This document shows positions 17,835-25,683 of a stretch of DNA of 64,000 nt, piece by piece. The first letter of the stretch is position 1; the number at the start of each line of letters is the position of its first letter. A program made the translations under genes and the position numbers. This DNA is from Thermoplasmata archaeon (lineage in GTDB: Archaea; Thermoplasmatota; Thermoplasmata; Lutacidiplasmatales; UBA184): NCBI GenBank assembly GCA_035504395.1, contig DATJRX010000032.1:1510-65509 (forward strand), in the 5' to 3' direction. A model generated the notes under the pieces. That model was not told the DNA's origin and did no database searches. It saw only the letters and a program-made list of their open reading frames with translations.

Positions 17835-17842
17835 TCTATTTA
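17835..17842 (-). promoter_or_regulatory. TATA-box-like element for the Fur-like gene
   Basis: The minus strand reads TAAATAGA, ending 20 nt upstream of the ATG at 17814. Confidence 0.45.
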
Positions 17843-17861
17843 GGAGGTCACGGCGGCCGGA

Positions 17862-18632
17862 TCAACGCTCGGCGTAGAGCACCCGGTTCTCGAAGTCCTG
17901 CCAGGCGGTATCGACGGTCCGGAACCCGGCCCGGGAGAGGAACTCCGCATGCAGCCGAAGCGGGCTCGCTGCGCGCGCCGGATGGCTGGCGTGCCGTCGG
18001 CGATGCTCCTGGAACGCCGCGCGGAGCTCGGGGACCTTGCGGGCCGCGCTCCACCACGCGCGCCAGCCGCTCCATTCCGCGCGTCGGGCGCGGCCGGGGT
18101 AGCGCACCGTGAGCACCCCGTTCGCGAGCCGGGCCATCGGGCCGTTCGGCGGGCTCGAGGGCAGGTAGTCGCCGTTGAGGAACACGCCGCCGCGCCGAAC
18201 GACGCGGCCGAGGTCGGCGTAGAGGCGTCCGAGGTCGGATCGGGTCAGCCAGTGGAGGGCCGTCGTGCTGACCGCCGCGTCGTAGCGGCGGCCGGGCAGC
18301 GCGTCGACCCAGCCCGGAGCCCCGAGCTTCGCGTCGACCCACGTGAGCCGCCCGGCCTGCGACCCCAGCGCGCCCTCGCCGACCTGCCGGACGACCGGGT
18401 CGTAGTCGACGGCGACGACCCGGGCGCGCGGGAAGCGACGGAGGAGCCGGACGCTCAGCGAGCCCGGGCCGCATCCGAGGTCGAGCGCGGTGAAGCGACC
18501 CTTGAACCGGGCCGCGAGGACGTCGAGGATCACCTCGAACCGCGCCTCGCGGTTCGGGTTGAAGCTCTCCTGCTGCCGATCCCACGCGCGCAGCAGCGCC
18601 GCCCAGTTCGCTCCTGCCCGCGTGCGTGCCAT
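17862..18632 (-). CDS. class I SAM-dependent methyltransferase
   Basis: Motif I ALDLGCGPGSLSVRLL followed by VVAVDYDP. I chose the ATG at 18632; the ORF extends to an ATG at 18737. Confidence 0.75.
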   Translation of the reverse strand: MARTRAGANWAALLRAWDRQQESFNPNREARFEVILDVLAARFKGRFTALDLGCGPGSLSVRLLRRFPRARVVAVDYDPVVRQVGEGALGSQAGRLTWVDAKLGAPGWVDALPGRRYDAAVSTTALHWLTRSDLGRLYADLGRVVRRGGVFLNGDYLPSSPPNGPMARLANGVLTVRYPGRARRAEWSGWRAWWSAARKVPELRAAFQEHRRRHASHPARAASPLRLHAEFLSRAGFRTVDTAWQDFENRVLYAER

Positions 18633-18731
18633 CGCGGTGCGCACCGGGGCCGGGCGGATAACCCGAACGGGACTCGGTCCGACGTCCCGAAACGGGCCTC
18701 GCTCGTCGAGGGCCGGCGGTGCGGAGCGATG

Positions 18732-18829
18732 ACGCATAACGAATCGGTTAATTCAATGCCCAGACGGTGCCTGCGAGCGGGCGCGAACGGTTGAACCGCT
18801 CGGCCGTAGGGCCGGGCAACGCATAACGA
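18732..18829. repeat. 12-nt direct repeat ACGCATAACGAA, two copies (18732-18743 and 18818-18829), in a divergent intergenic region
   Basis: Exact 12-mer copies 86 nt apart. The second copy abuts the AT-rich CTTATACT upstream of the VOC gene. Confidence 0.5.
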
Positions 18830-18895
18830 AACGCTTATACTACTCGCCCGCTCGTCGCCCCTCGGGGTCGTCCGCGACCCGGACGGAGACGGAAC

Positions 18896-19312
18896 ATGGA
18901 GGGACGGATCTCGCAGATCACGCTCGTCGTGACGAACCAGGCCCGCGCGTTCGAGTTCTACACGGAGAAGGTCGGCTTCGAGACGAAGACCGACGTCGCG
19001 CTCCCCGGCGGGGGCCGGTGGGTCTCCGTCGGGCCGAAGGGACAGGACCTCGAGCTGGCCCTGTGGGAGGTCGGGTCCGCCACGGATCCGACCCAGAAGG
19101 CGTGGTCCCAGCACTGGGCCCCGGCGAAGTCCCCTCCGATCGTGCTGCGCGTGGCCGACTGCCAGACGACCTATCAGGAGCTCCGCGCGCGGGGCGTGGA
19201 GTTCCCGCAACCCCCAAAGCAGTATCCGTGGGGTACGGCCGCCACGTTCCGGGACCCGGACGGGAACCTGTTCTCCCTCAACCAGCCCCCGAGCGAGTGG
19301 CCGAAGCCCTAG
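18896..19312 (+). CDS. VOC / glyoxalase-bleomycin resistance family protein
   Basis: ISQITLVVTNQARAFEFYTEKVGF at the N-terminus and FRDPDGNLFSLNQ at the C-terminus are the paired beta-alpha-beta-beta-beta module signatures. Confidence 0.85.
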   Translation: MEGRISQITLVVTNQARAFEFYTEKVGFETKTDVALPGGGRWVSVGPKGQDLELALWEVGSATDPTQKAWSQHWAPAKSPPIVLRVADCQTTYQELRARGVEFPQPPKQYPWGTAATFRDPDGNLFSLNQPPSEWPKP

Positions 19313-19340
19313 CGCGACCCGAGGGGACCCGGGTCCGAGC

Positions 19341-19778
19341 TCACGCGCGCGCCGCGTCCCGGTCGTGCCGTAGGGCGGCCGCGTCCTGCTCGAACTCGCG
19401 CGCGAAGAACCGGTCGACCGCCGCGGCGACCTCGGTCTCGGGCAGGACGGGGGACACGAACTCTCCGACGACCCCGACCCCGGTGCGGTCGCCGCGCGCC
19501 TCGTAGTAGAGAAAGAAGCGAGAACCGGCGAACGGCCCCTCGACGACGTCGTACGCGATCCCGAGCGGAGGATAGGAGACCCAGCGCATCGTGAACCGGG
19601 TCGGGGCTCCCTCGAACTCTTGCTCCCAGGAGTACTCGCCGGACCGGTCGCTCCAGCGCTGCCGCGAGTTCGCGCGGTGCCGGTGCGCGGAGGAATGGTG
19701 GTCGCCGGACCCCACGAACGCCCACACGTCGGCGAGCGGGGCGTCGAAGACCCCGCCCTCGTCGCGGACGAAGACCAC
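19341..19778 (-). CDS. SRPBCC (START/polyketide cyclase-like) superfamily protein
   Basis: Size (145 aa) and pattern (APLADVWAFV..., terminal amphipathic helix) fit SRPBCC. GTG start. TATA-like CATATGTA (19800-19807, minus strand) ends 21 nt upstream. Confidence 0.6.
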   Translation of the reverse strand: MVFVRDEGGVFDAPLADVWAFVGSGDHHSSAHRHRANSRQRWSDRSGEYSWEQEFEGAPTRFTMRWVSYPPLGIAYDVVEGPFAGSRFFLYYEARGDRTGVGVVGEFVSPVLPETEVAAAVDRFFAREFEQDAAALRHDRDAARA

Positions 19779-19912
19779 GGGCCGGGACCGGGACGCTCGT
19801 ACATATGGGGGTCGGCGCGCCCCGGCGTCGCCCCCGCGGCCGCCGGCTCGGGGCCGGGCGCACCGTGACCGGAACGAGCGACGCGCCCGTCCCGCCGCGG
19901 ACGGCCCGGTCC

Positions 19913-20275
19913 ATGCTCCTGCCGCTGCTCGCCTACCACGCGCTGATCGTGGTGGGGGGCGCGATCCTGATCGAGGGGTGGATCCACGGTTCCGGAGCGT
20001 GGATGGCGGTGGGGCTCGGGATCCTGCTGGTCGGGCTGGCGACCGTGGTCGCGGTGCTCGTGTGGGCGGCGCGTCTCGCCGTCGACGCCGGCCGCGCGAT
20101 CCCTGTGCGCGAGGTCCGTTCCCCGGCGCCGGCCCCGCGCGGGGGAACGATCTGCCCCCGGTGCGCCTGGTCCGGTCCCGGGCGGCGGGTCACGTGCCCC
20201 CGGTGCGGGGCGACCGTGGTCCCGACGTTCGTGGGGACGAGCGCCGCCGCTACCCGAGACCGTCCTGGAACTTGA
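19913..20275 (+). CDS. small membrane protein with a C-terminal zinc ribbon (CPRC...CPRC)
   Basis: Two hydrophobic helices (LLPLLAYHALIVVGGAILI and WMAVGLGILLVGLATVVAVLVWAA), then CPRCAWSGPGRRVTCPRCG. The start is uncertain (19805 or 19913). The 3' end overlaps the CDGSH gene convergently. Confidence 0.4.
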   Translation: MLLPLLAYHALIVVGGAILIEGWIHGSGAWMAVGLGILLVGLATVVAVLVWAARLAVDAGRAIPVREVRSPAPAPRGGTICPRCAWSGPGRRVTCPRCGATVVPTFVGTSAAATRDRPGT

Positions 20276-20945
20276 TCGAGGCGTGACTGCCGTTGCAGAA
20301 CGGCATGTTGGTCGAGGCACCGCACCGGCAGAGCGTCACGCGGTTGCGGATCTCGTACCCCTTCCCGTCCGCCGACTCGACGCGGATCCCGCCGCGCACC
20401 CAGAGCGGACCGCTGCACCCGAGGGCCGGATCCTCAATGAGCCCGATCGAGACGGGCAGCTCCGGCTCGTGCGCCGCGCCGGTCGACTTGTCGCGGAGGA
20501 CGAGCCGGCCGGAGGGACAGTGGGTCACCTCGCGGATCACGAGCTCCCGCACGCCCGGCGAATCGGTCCGCTCGATCAGGGACCAGACCTTCCCGCCCGG
20601 ATCGCAAAAGCGCGCGAAGGCGCAGAGGTTCTCGGCATCGCTCAGTACGTCCGTCGGCCCGTCGAGGTGCTCGGACTGGCGCTCGACCGGGCGACGCGAG
20701 GCGGTCTCCTTCCCCTCGAATCCGACCCTCAGGTGGCTGTTGTCGCAGAACGGCTTGTTCCGGGACTGGCCGCACCGGCACAGGAAGTACTCGGCCTCGG
20801 TGTCGAACGCGCGCCCCTCCTTCCACTCCCAGGACTCGCCGCGGGCGTTGGGCACGATCGTCTGGACGGCGAGCGGGACCTTGCCGACGACGCGGTACGG
20901 TCCGTGGGGGCTCACGACGATCTTCGGCGCGTTCTCGTCCGCCAT
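20250..20945 (-). CDS. CDGSH iron-sulfur domain protein (two CDGSH-type motifs)
   Basis: CRCGQSRNKPFCDNSH and CRCGASTNMPFCNGSH are two C-x-C-x2-(S/T)-x3-P-x-C-D/N-G/S-(S/A/T)-H motifs. Confidence 0.85.
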   Translation of the reverse strand: MADENAPKIVVSPHGPYRVVGKVPLAVQTIVPNARGESWEWKEGRAFDTEAEYFLCRCGQSRNKPFCDNSHLRVGFEGKETASRRPVERQSEHLDGPTDVLSDAENLCAFARFCDPGGKVWSLIERTDSPGVRELVIREVTHCPSGRLVLRDKSTGAAHEPELPVSIGLIEDPALGCSGPLWVRGGIRVESADGKGYEIRNRVTLCRCGASTNMPFCNGSHASIKFQDGLG

Positions 20946-20988
20946 GGAGGTGCTCCAGTCGAACCCATCGGCGAAGGCGTAGATGGCC

Positions 20989-22929
20989 TCACCGATGGGG
21001 GCGTCGGGCCGGCCACCGGCGGGCCGATGGGCGCGCGGGAGGCTCCCCGAGCCCCTGCTCGACCAGGAACCGCTCCGCCACCCGGAGGTGCCGCAGCCGC
21101 GCCGATTTCTTGGCCTGATGCGCCTCCATCCGCCGCAGGATGCTGTCGAGGGCGCGGACGGTCTCCACGAGGTAGGCGCCCTTGTTGAGCATCACGCACT
21201 CGGCCCGTTCCCCCATCGCCGCGTCGGTCACCTCCGCCCGGGAGGGGACCCCGGACCTCGAGAGGCTCTCGAGGACCTCGGTCGCCCAGATCGCCGGCAG
21301 GTGCGCGGCCTCGCACAGCCACAGGATCTCCTCCTGGACCTCGGAGAGGCGTTCGAACCCGACCTCGACCGCGAGGTCCCCCCGCGCGACCATGACCGCG
21401 ACGGGCCCCGCACGGAGCCCGCTCAGCAGGATCGCCGGCAGATGGTCGAACGCGCGCCGCGTTTCGATCTTGAGCACGATGCCGAGGTCGGGGTGGCCGA
21501 GCCGGGCCAGGGCGTCGCGAAGCTCGGGCACGTCCGTCGGAGACTGCACGAACGAGTACCCGACCAGGTCCGCGTGGTCCGCCACGAAGGCGAGGTTCGC
21601 GCGATCCTCCGCCGTGAGCGCCGGTAGCCCGAGGTCGGTGTCCGGGAGGTTGATGCCCTGGTCCCCCCGCAGCCACGCGCCGCCCGGGGCGGCCCGATCG
21701 ATCCGGACGACCGCTCCGGCCGGGGTGCGGCGCAGGACCACGCCCCCGATCCGACCCCCGTCGAACCAGATGTGATCCCCCCGACGGATGCGGTCGAGCA
21801 CCGCGGGGAGCGACACCCCGATCGTCGGGAGGCGCGCCGGCGCGGGTCTCGCACCGCGGTTGGGCCGATCCTCCGGCCCCGACGGCGCGGCGAGCCGCAA
21901 CCGGTCCCCGACGACCAGCCGGATCCGTCCCGGCCGAGCAGGGATCCCGGTGATCCGGCATCGGTCCGGCGCGCCGGTCGAGGTCCGAGCGTCGAGCCGC
22001 AGGCCGTTCGCCATGTAGGTGGTGCGGGCCGTGGACCCGACGAGCGCGCGACCGGAACGCGCGTCGATGCGGAGGACCCTCGAGGCACCCCGCGCGTCGA
22101 GCATCCGGATCCGTTCGCCCCGGCGTCGGCGCGCGAGCCAGTCCGCGGGGACCTCCAGCGCAGCGCCCGTCGCGGCAGCCGCGCCGGTCGCGGAGCCCGC
22201 CGGCACGAGCTCGACGCGGGCCCGCTCGACCACTCTCCCCCACGCATCGCGCGCGGGTCGAAGCTTGATCACCGCCGGGCCGGGAGCGAGGCCGGTCGTG
22301 CGCACCCTCGGGCCGCCGAGATCCATCTCGACGCGGCACGAGCGGCCGCTCGTCCGCACGGCGGTCCGAAGGTTCCGGATCATCTTCGCCCACTCTCGGG
22401 GAGAGTCGTGGGCGCAGTTGATCCTAAGACAGTCCATGCCGCCGCGGAGCAGCTCCGCGAGCAGGGTCGCCGAGCGCGCGGCCTCGGGCGGGGCCGTGAC
22501 CATGATGCGGGTCGATCGGCCGGGGCGCGAGGGACCCAGGAGCCGGGTCGCCCGCCGCGCGAGCAGCTGTCGCCCCTGCTCCGGCGTGATCGCGGCGGCC
22601 CCTCGGGACCGCGCGGCACGGGGACCTCCGCCGCCCAGCTGGGCGAGCACGGCCTCGAGATTGTAGAGCACGTGGCCCTCGGCGCGTCCCAGCGACGAGA
22701 GGCCGAGATCCGCGAGCTGCGACTGCGTGCGCCGAAGGTCGTAGTGGCGGAGCGCCAGGTAGTGGACCAGGTTCCGGGCGCTCTCGTCGGAGTCCCCGAA
22801 CCCCGAGAGCGGCACGGTCGCCTCGACCGACCGCAGTCGCCCGAGGATGCGGCCGATCGCGGCGGCGAGCCGATGCCGGGGCGCATCGGAGTCGGGCGAG
22901 GACCGCGCGGCGACCGGTGGGGGCGGCAC
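20989..22929 (-). CDS. pyruvate kinase-family (PK barrel) protein, atypical long form
   Basis: Equivalents of PK motifs: TRIMVTAPP, GMDCLRINCAHD, DLGGPRVRT, GINLPDT, LKIETRRAF, VMVARGDLAVE, ATEVLESL...PSRAEVTD. It has an extra ~120-aa N-terminus and an enlarged inserted domain, and lacks the C-terminal allosteric domain. Confidence 0.8.
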   Translation of the reverse strand: MPPPPVAARSSPDSDAPRHRLAAAIGRILGRLRSVEATVPLSGFGDSDESARNLVHYLALRHYDLRRTQSQLADLGLSSLGRAEGHVLYNLEAVLAQLGGGGPRAARSRGAAAITPEQGRQLLARRATRLLGPSRPGRSTRIMVTAPPEAARSATLLAELLRGGMDCLRINCAHDSPREWAKMIRNLRTAVRTSGRSCRVEMDLGGPRVRTTGLAPGPAVIKLRPARDAWGRVVERARVELVPAGSATGAAAATGAALEVPADWLARRRRGERIRMLDARGASRVLRIDARSGRALVGSTARTTYMANGLRLDARTSTGAPDRCRITGIPARPGRIRLVVGDRLRLAAPSGPEDRPNRGARPAPARLPTIGVSLPAVLDRIRRGDHIWFDGGRIGGVVLRRTPAGAVVRIDRAAPGGAWLRGDQGINLPDTDLGLPALTAEDRANLAFVADHADLVGYSFVQSPTDVPELRDALARLGHPDLGIVLKIETRRAFDHLPAILLSGLRAGPVAVMVARGDLAVEVGFERLSEVQEEILWLCEAAHLPAIWATEVLESLSRSGVPSRAEVTDAAMGERAECVMLNKGAYLVETVRALDSILRRMEAHQAKKSARLRHLRVAERFLVEQGLGEPPARPSARRWPARRPHR

Positions 22930-22998
22930 GGCGGCGGGTAGCCGATCGGCAGGGGTATTGGCTCGCTCAATCCGGCTCGACCTCGCCGGGTCGCTCCG

Positions 22999-23316
22999 CT
23001 ACTTCGGAGGGAGCGTCCGGGTCGCGGCGCGGGAGCGCTCCACCCAGCGGACGAGCGCCCGGGGGTCGTCGAGCGCCCGGACCGAGACCTTGAGCCAGCC
23101 CTTCATGGCCCGGCCCTCCATCATCGGCTTCGCGCCGGGCGACCGCAGCCAGCGGGCGGTCTCGTCGGGCGGGACGCGAACGATCAGGTCGTCGTGCGAG
23201 ACGCCGGCGATCAAGTGCCCGCGCTCCATCCACCCCACCCCGCCGAACATCCGCCGCTCGACCGCGTCGGGGAGCAGGACCCGCAGTCGGACCGCGAGCG
23301 ATTCGTTGAACGGCAT
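22999..23316 (-). CDS. TfoX N-terminal domain-like protein
   Basis: RRMFGGVGWMERGHLIAGV...LIVRV is the TfoX_N signature. Only the 3' 318 nt of the 398-aa track ORF look coding. ATG at 23316. Confidence 0.7.
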   Translation of the reverse strand: MPFNESLAVRLRVLLPDAVERRMFGGVGWMERGHLIAGVSHDDLIVRVPPDETARWLRSPGAKPMMEGRAMKGWLKVSVRALDDPRALVRWVERSRAATRTLPPK

Positions 23317-23378
23317 CCGGGCCGGTCCCGGTCGGACGATACGTCTCGGCGGATATCCTCTGGGGCGCCCGGGGCCGA

Positions 23379-24413
23379 TCAGCGCCCCGGGTCGTCCCCG
23401 CGCGCCCCGAGGCCTTCGGGATGCCGCTGGATCCAGACGACGAGGGCGACGAACACCGCGGTGAAGGCGAGCACCCCGACGTCGCCCAGCGCTTCGAGCA
23501 GGACGTCCCACACCACGAACGCCCCGGCGAAGCCTCCGACGAACGCCACCTGGTGCGGCCGGTTCTCGCGCCACCCCGACCGGGTCAGCAGGAAGCCGAG
23601 GCTCAGCGCGCCCGAGGCCACGAACAGCAGGATCAGGATCCCGGCCCACGGGAGGAGGTGGGACCCGATCTGGAAGAGCACGAGCAGCGCGAGCAGCCAC
23701 CCGAACGCCACGGCGAAGAACGCCCGGGGCGAGGCGGCGGGGGTCGGGGCTCGCATCCACCCCGCGAGCGCGCCGTCCGGGAGGCGACAGCCGGCGACGA
23801 TGAGCCCCACGCCGAGCAGCGCGAACCCCACCAGCGGGACCGCGAGCGGCCCGAGCGGGTCCGGGTCGACGGTGAAGAACATCAGGGTCACCGTCGCCGC
23901 GAACGCGAGGCCGACGATCGCGAGCGCCCGGTCGGAGACGATCGACCGGCCCTTGAGCCTCGGGAACAGGAGGGCGATCAGGAGGAGCTCGAGCCCGATG
24001 CTCACCGCGGCATGGAACGGGTCGATGCCGGCGACGGTGACCCACTCGACGCCGCCGAGGTTCCCGTACGCGCCGGGGATGCCGGTGATCGCGAACTGCT
24101 GGTGCGGGTCGGTGAACGTCTTGGTCGCGAGCCCCTCCTCGGCGATCCCGTAGGCGAGCCCCCACGGGACGACCGCGAGCCAGCCCTTCCGCCACCGGGC
24201 GAGCGCCTCCCAGACGAGCACCGCGCCTCCGCCGTAGAGCCCGAGCAGGAGGAGGAACCCCGACGGGTGGGCAAGGAGCTCGGGGACGGGGGTCGAGCCC
24301 GAGAGCACCTCGGGGAACGTCGCGGCGAAGAGCAGGAGGAGGACGAGGGGCCCGTATCGGGTGCGCGCGGCGAGGGCCGACGCGGCCTCAGGCGGGGCGG
24401 GGTCCGAGGGCAC
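23379..24413 (-). CDS. polytopic integral membrane protein (about 8-10 TM segments), unknown function
   Basis: Repeated long hydrophobic stretches throughout, with positive residues in the short loops. It starts 4 nt after the stop of the KaiC-like gene. Confidence 0.7.
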   Translation of the reverse strand: MPSDPAPPEAASALAARTRYGPLVLLLLFAATFPEVLSGSTPVPELLAHPSGFLLLLGLYGGGAVLVWEALARWRKGWLAVVPWGLAYGIAEEGLATKTFTDPHQQFAITGIPGAYGNLGGVEWVTVAGIDPFHAAVSIGLELLLIALLFPRLKGRSIVSDRALAIVGLAFAATVTLMFFTVDPDPLGPLAVPLVGFALLGVGLIVAGCRLPDGALAGWMRAPTPAASPRAFFAVAFGWLLALLVLFQIGSHLLPWAGILILLFVASGALSLGFLLTRSGWRENRPHQVAFVGGFAGAFVVWDVLLEALGDVGVLAFTAVFVALVVWIQRHPEGLGARGDDPGR

Positions 24414-24417
24414 GGGA

Positions 24418-25179
24418 TCAGCCGGCCGCCCGTCGACCGCGGAACCGGCCCCGGCGCGTGACCGTCAGGGCGAGGTCGATGTCGAGTCCGGCGGGTCCGA
24501 TCCGGTACGGGTGGAGCCGGGCGTCGTGCCCGCTCCCCCGGAGCTTCTCGATCCCGATCGCCCGGATCGTCGACCCGTTGTGCTCCCAGCGGAAGAGGCG
24601 GATCTCGCCCCGGGCGAGCATCCGCTCGGTCGAAGCGAGGTCGTCGGCGGGCGACTCGACGGTGAGCAGGGTGGTGATCCCGAGGTCCGCCAGGAACCTC
24701 AGGAACGTCTGGGCGCCGGCGGTCTCGTCGATCCCCTTCATGCAGAAGTACTGCAGCGCGGTCAGCGAGTCGATCACCACGCGCGAGTACCCGCACCGGG
24801 CCACCTCGTTCCGGAGGATCTGCTCGAGCGAGGTGATCGTGACCTCGACGCCGGTCAGCTCGGGCGTGCGCCGGATCAGCCACGGGACCCGCGCGAACGG
24901 CAGGACCGTCCGGACCATCGAGATGTCCTTGAACGGCACGTGCTCGTAGTGCATCACGTCGGGGATCGCGTCGAACACCTCCACCCGTGCGAACTCCGGA
25001 CCGAGCTCCCGGTGGTTGTACCGGCACTCGTTCGGTGGCTCCTCGACCGTGACCAGGAGGCACCGTTCGCCCCGTCGCACCCCGTCGCAGAGGAACTCGA
25101 GCGCGAGGGTCGTCTTGCCGGTGCCCGCCGACCCGCTCAGCAGGTACGGTCGTCCGGCGAGGAGCCCGCCCTCGAGCAT
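24418..25179 (-). CDS. KaiC/RadA-like RecA-superfamily ATPase (single domain)
   Basis: Walker A LLSGSAGTGKTTLALEF, Walker B-like RVVIDSLTAL, and C-terminal KLRGSGHD. Coordinates use the first ATG. The conserved N-terminal motif continues upstream without a start codon (see findings). Confidence 0.8.
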   Translation of the reverse strand: MLEGGLLAGRPYLLSGSAGTGKTTLALEFLCDGVRRGERCLLVTVEEPPNECRYNHRELGPEFARVEVFDAIPDVMHYEHVPFKDISMVRTVLPFARVPWLIRRTPELTGVEVTITSLEQILRNEVARCGYSRVVIDSLTALQYFCMKGIDETAGAQTFLRFLADLGITTLLTVESPADDLASTERMLARGEIRLFRWEHNGSTIRAIGIEKLRGSGHDARLHPYRIGPAGLDIDLALTVTRRGRFRGRRAAG

Positions 25180-25476
25180 CGCGTCGAGCGACGCGTTCCC
25201 CGTCGAGATCCGGGGCTCGGGTCCGTTCGCCGGGGGCGCGCTCGCGGACGCAGCCGTACCTCCCTCGGCGAGGGCTTACGCCAGCGCCGCGGAACGAAGA
25301 TGGGAACGCCCGCCTCAAGTAGTTTCGGCGAGCCCCCGGCGGGGGGCGGGGTGCGCCTATCGGCCCGATCCCCGCGCCGTCGGCCGGCCGGGAGCGCGGG
25401 TCCGGCCACGCCAGAAGGCCCTCCCCCTCCCGAGGGATCGCGATCCCGGTCGCGGGGTCCCGGGTCCAAACCCCCG

Positions 25477-25561
25477 TGCGGGGAGAGGGATTTGAACCCC
25501 CGAACTCCTACGAGACCAGACCCTGAATCTGGCGCCTTTGGCCAAGCTTGGCAATCCCCGC
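25477..25561 (-). tRNA. tRNA-Leu (anticodon CAG), class II with long variable arm, no encoded CCA
   Basis: Manual cloverleaf: acceptor GCGGGGA/TCCCCGC, anticodon stem CCAGA/TCTGG with loop TTCAGGG, variable arm TCTCGTAGGAGTTC, T arm GGGGG-TTCAAAT-CCCTC, discriminator A. The GCCAAGCTTGGCCAAAGGCG D region is archaeal-like. Confidence 0.9.
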
Positions 25562-25585
25562 GCGAAGGGGACGGTATCGGGTCCC

Positions 25586-25593
25586 GAATATCA
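25586..25593 (-). promoter_or_regulatory. TATA-box-like element for tRNA-Leu
   Basis: The minus strand reads TGATATTC, ending 24 nt upstream of the tRNA 5' end. Confidence 0.5.
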
Positions 25594-25683
25594 GGGTTCG
25601 GGAACCGTCCCGGGGCGGTGCGTCCTGCGACGGGTAGGCGAGGCTCAGGACCGTCACCGGCCGCCCGCTCGGACCGGGCCGGT

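Noticed and set aside
19805-19912. Upstream extension of the zinc-ribbon membrane protein ORF (start at 19805)
   Set aside because: The first 36 codons are Arg/Gly/Pro-rich (MGVGAPRRRPRGRRLGAGR...). The ATG at 19805 sits inside the TATA-like element of the divergent SRPBCC gene. The hydrophobic core begins at the ATG at 19913. Even the shorter call is low confidence.
22999-24195. 398-aa track ORF spanning 22999-24195
   Set aside because: Only its last 105 codons (TfoX_N-like, from the ATG at 23316) look like protein. The upstream part is Arg/Pro-rich and is antisense or out of frame to the convincing membrane protein gene at 23379-24413.
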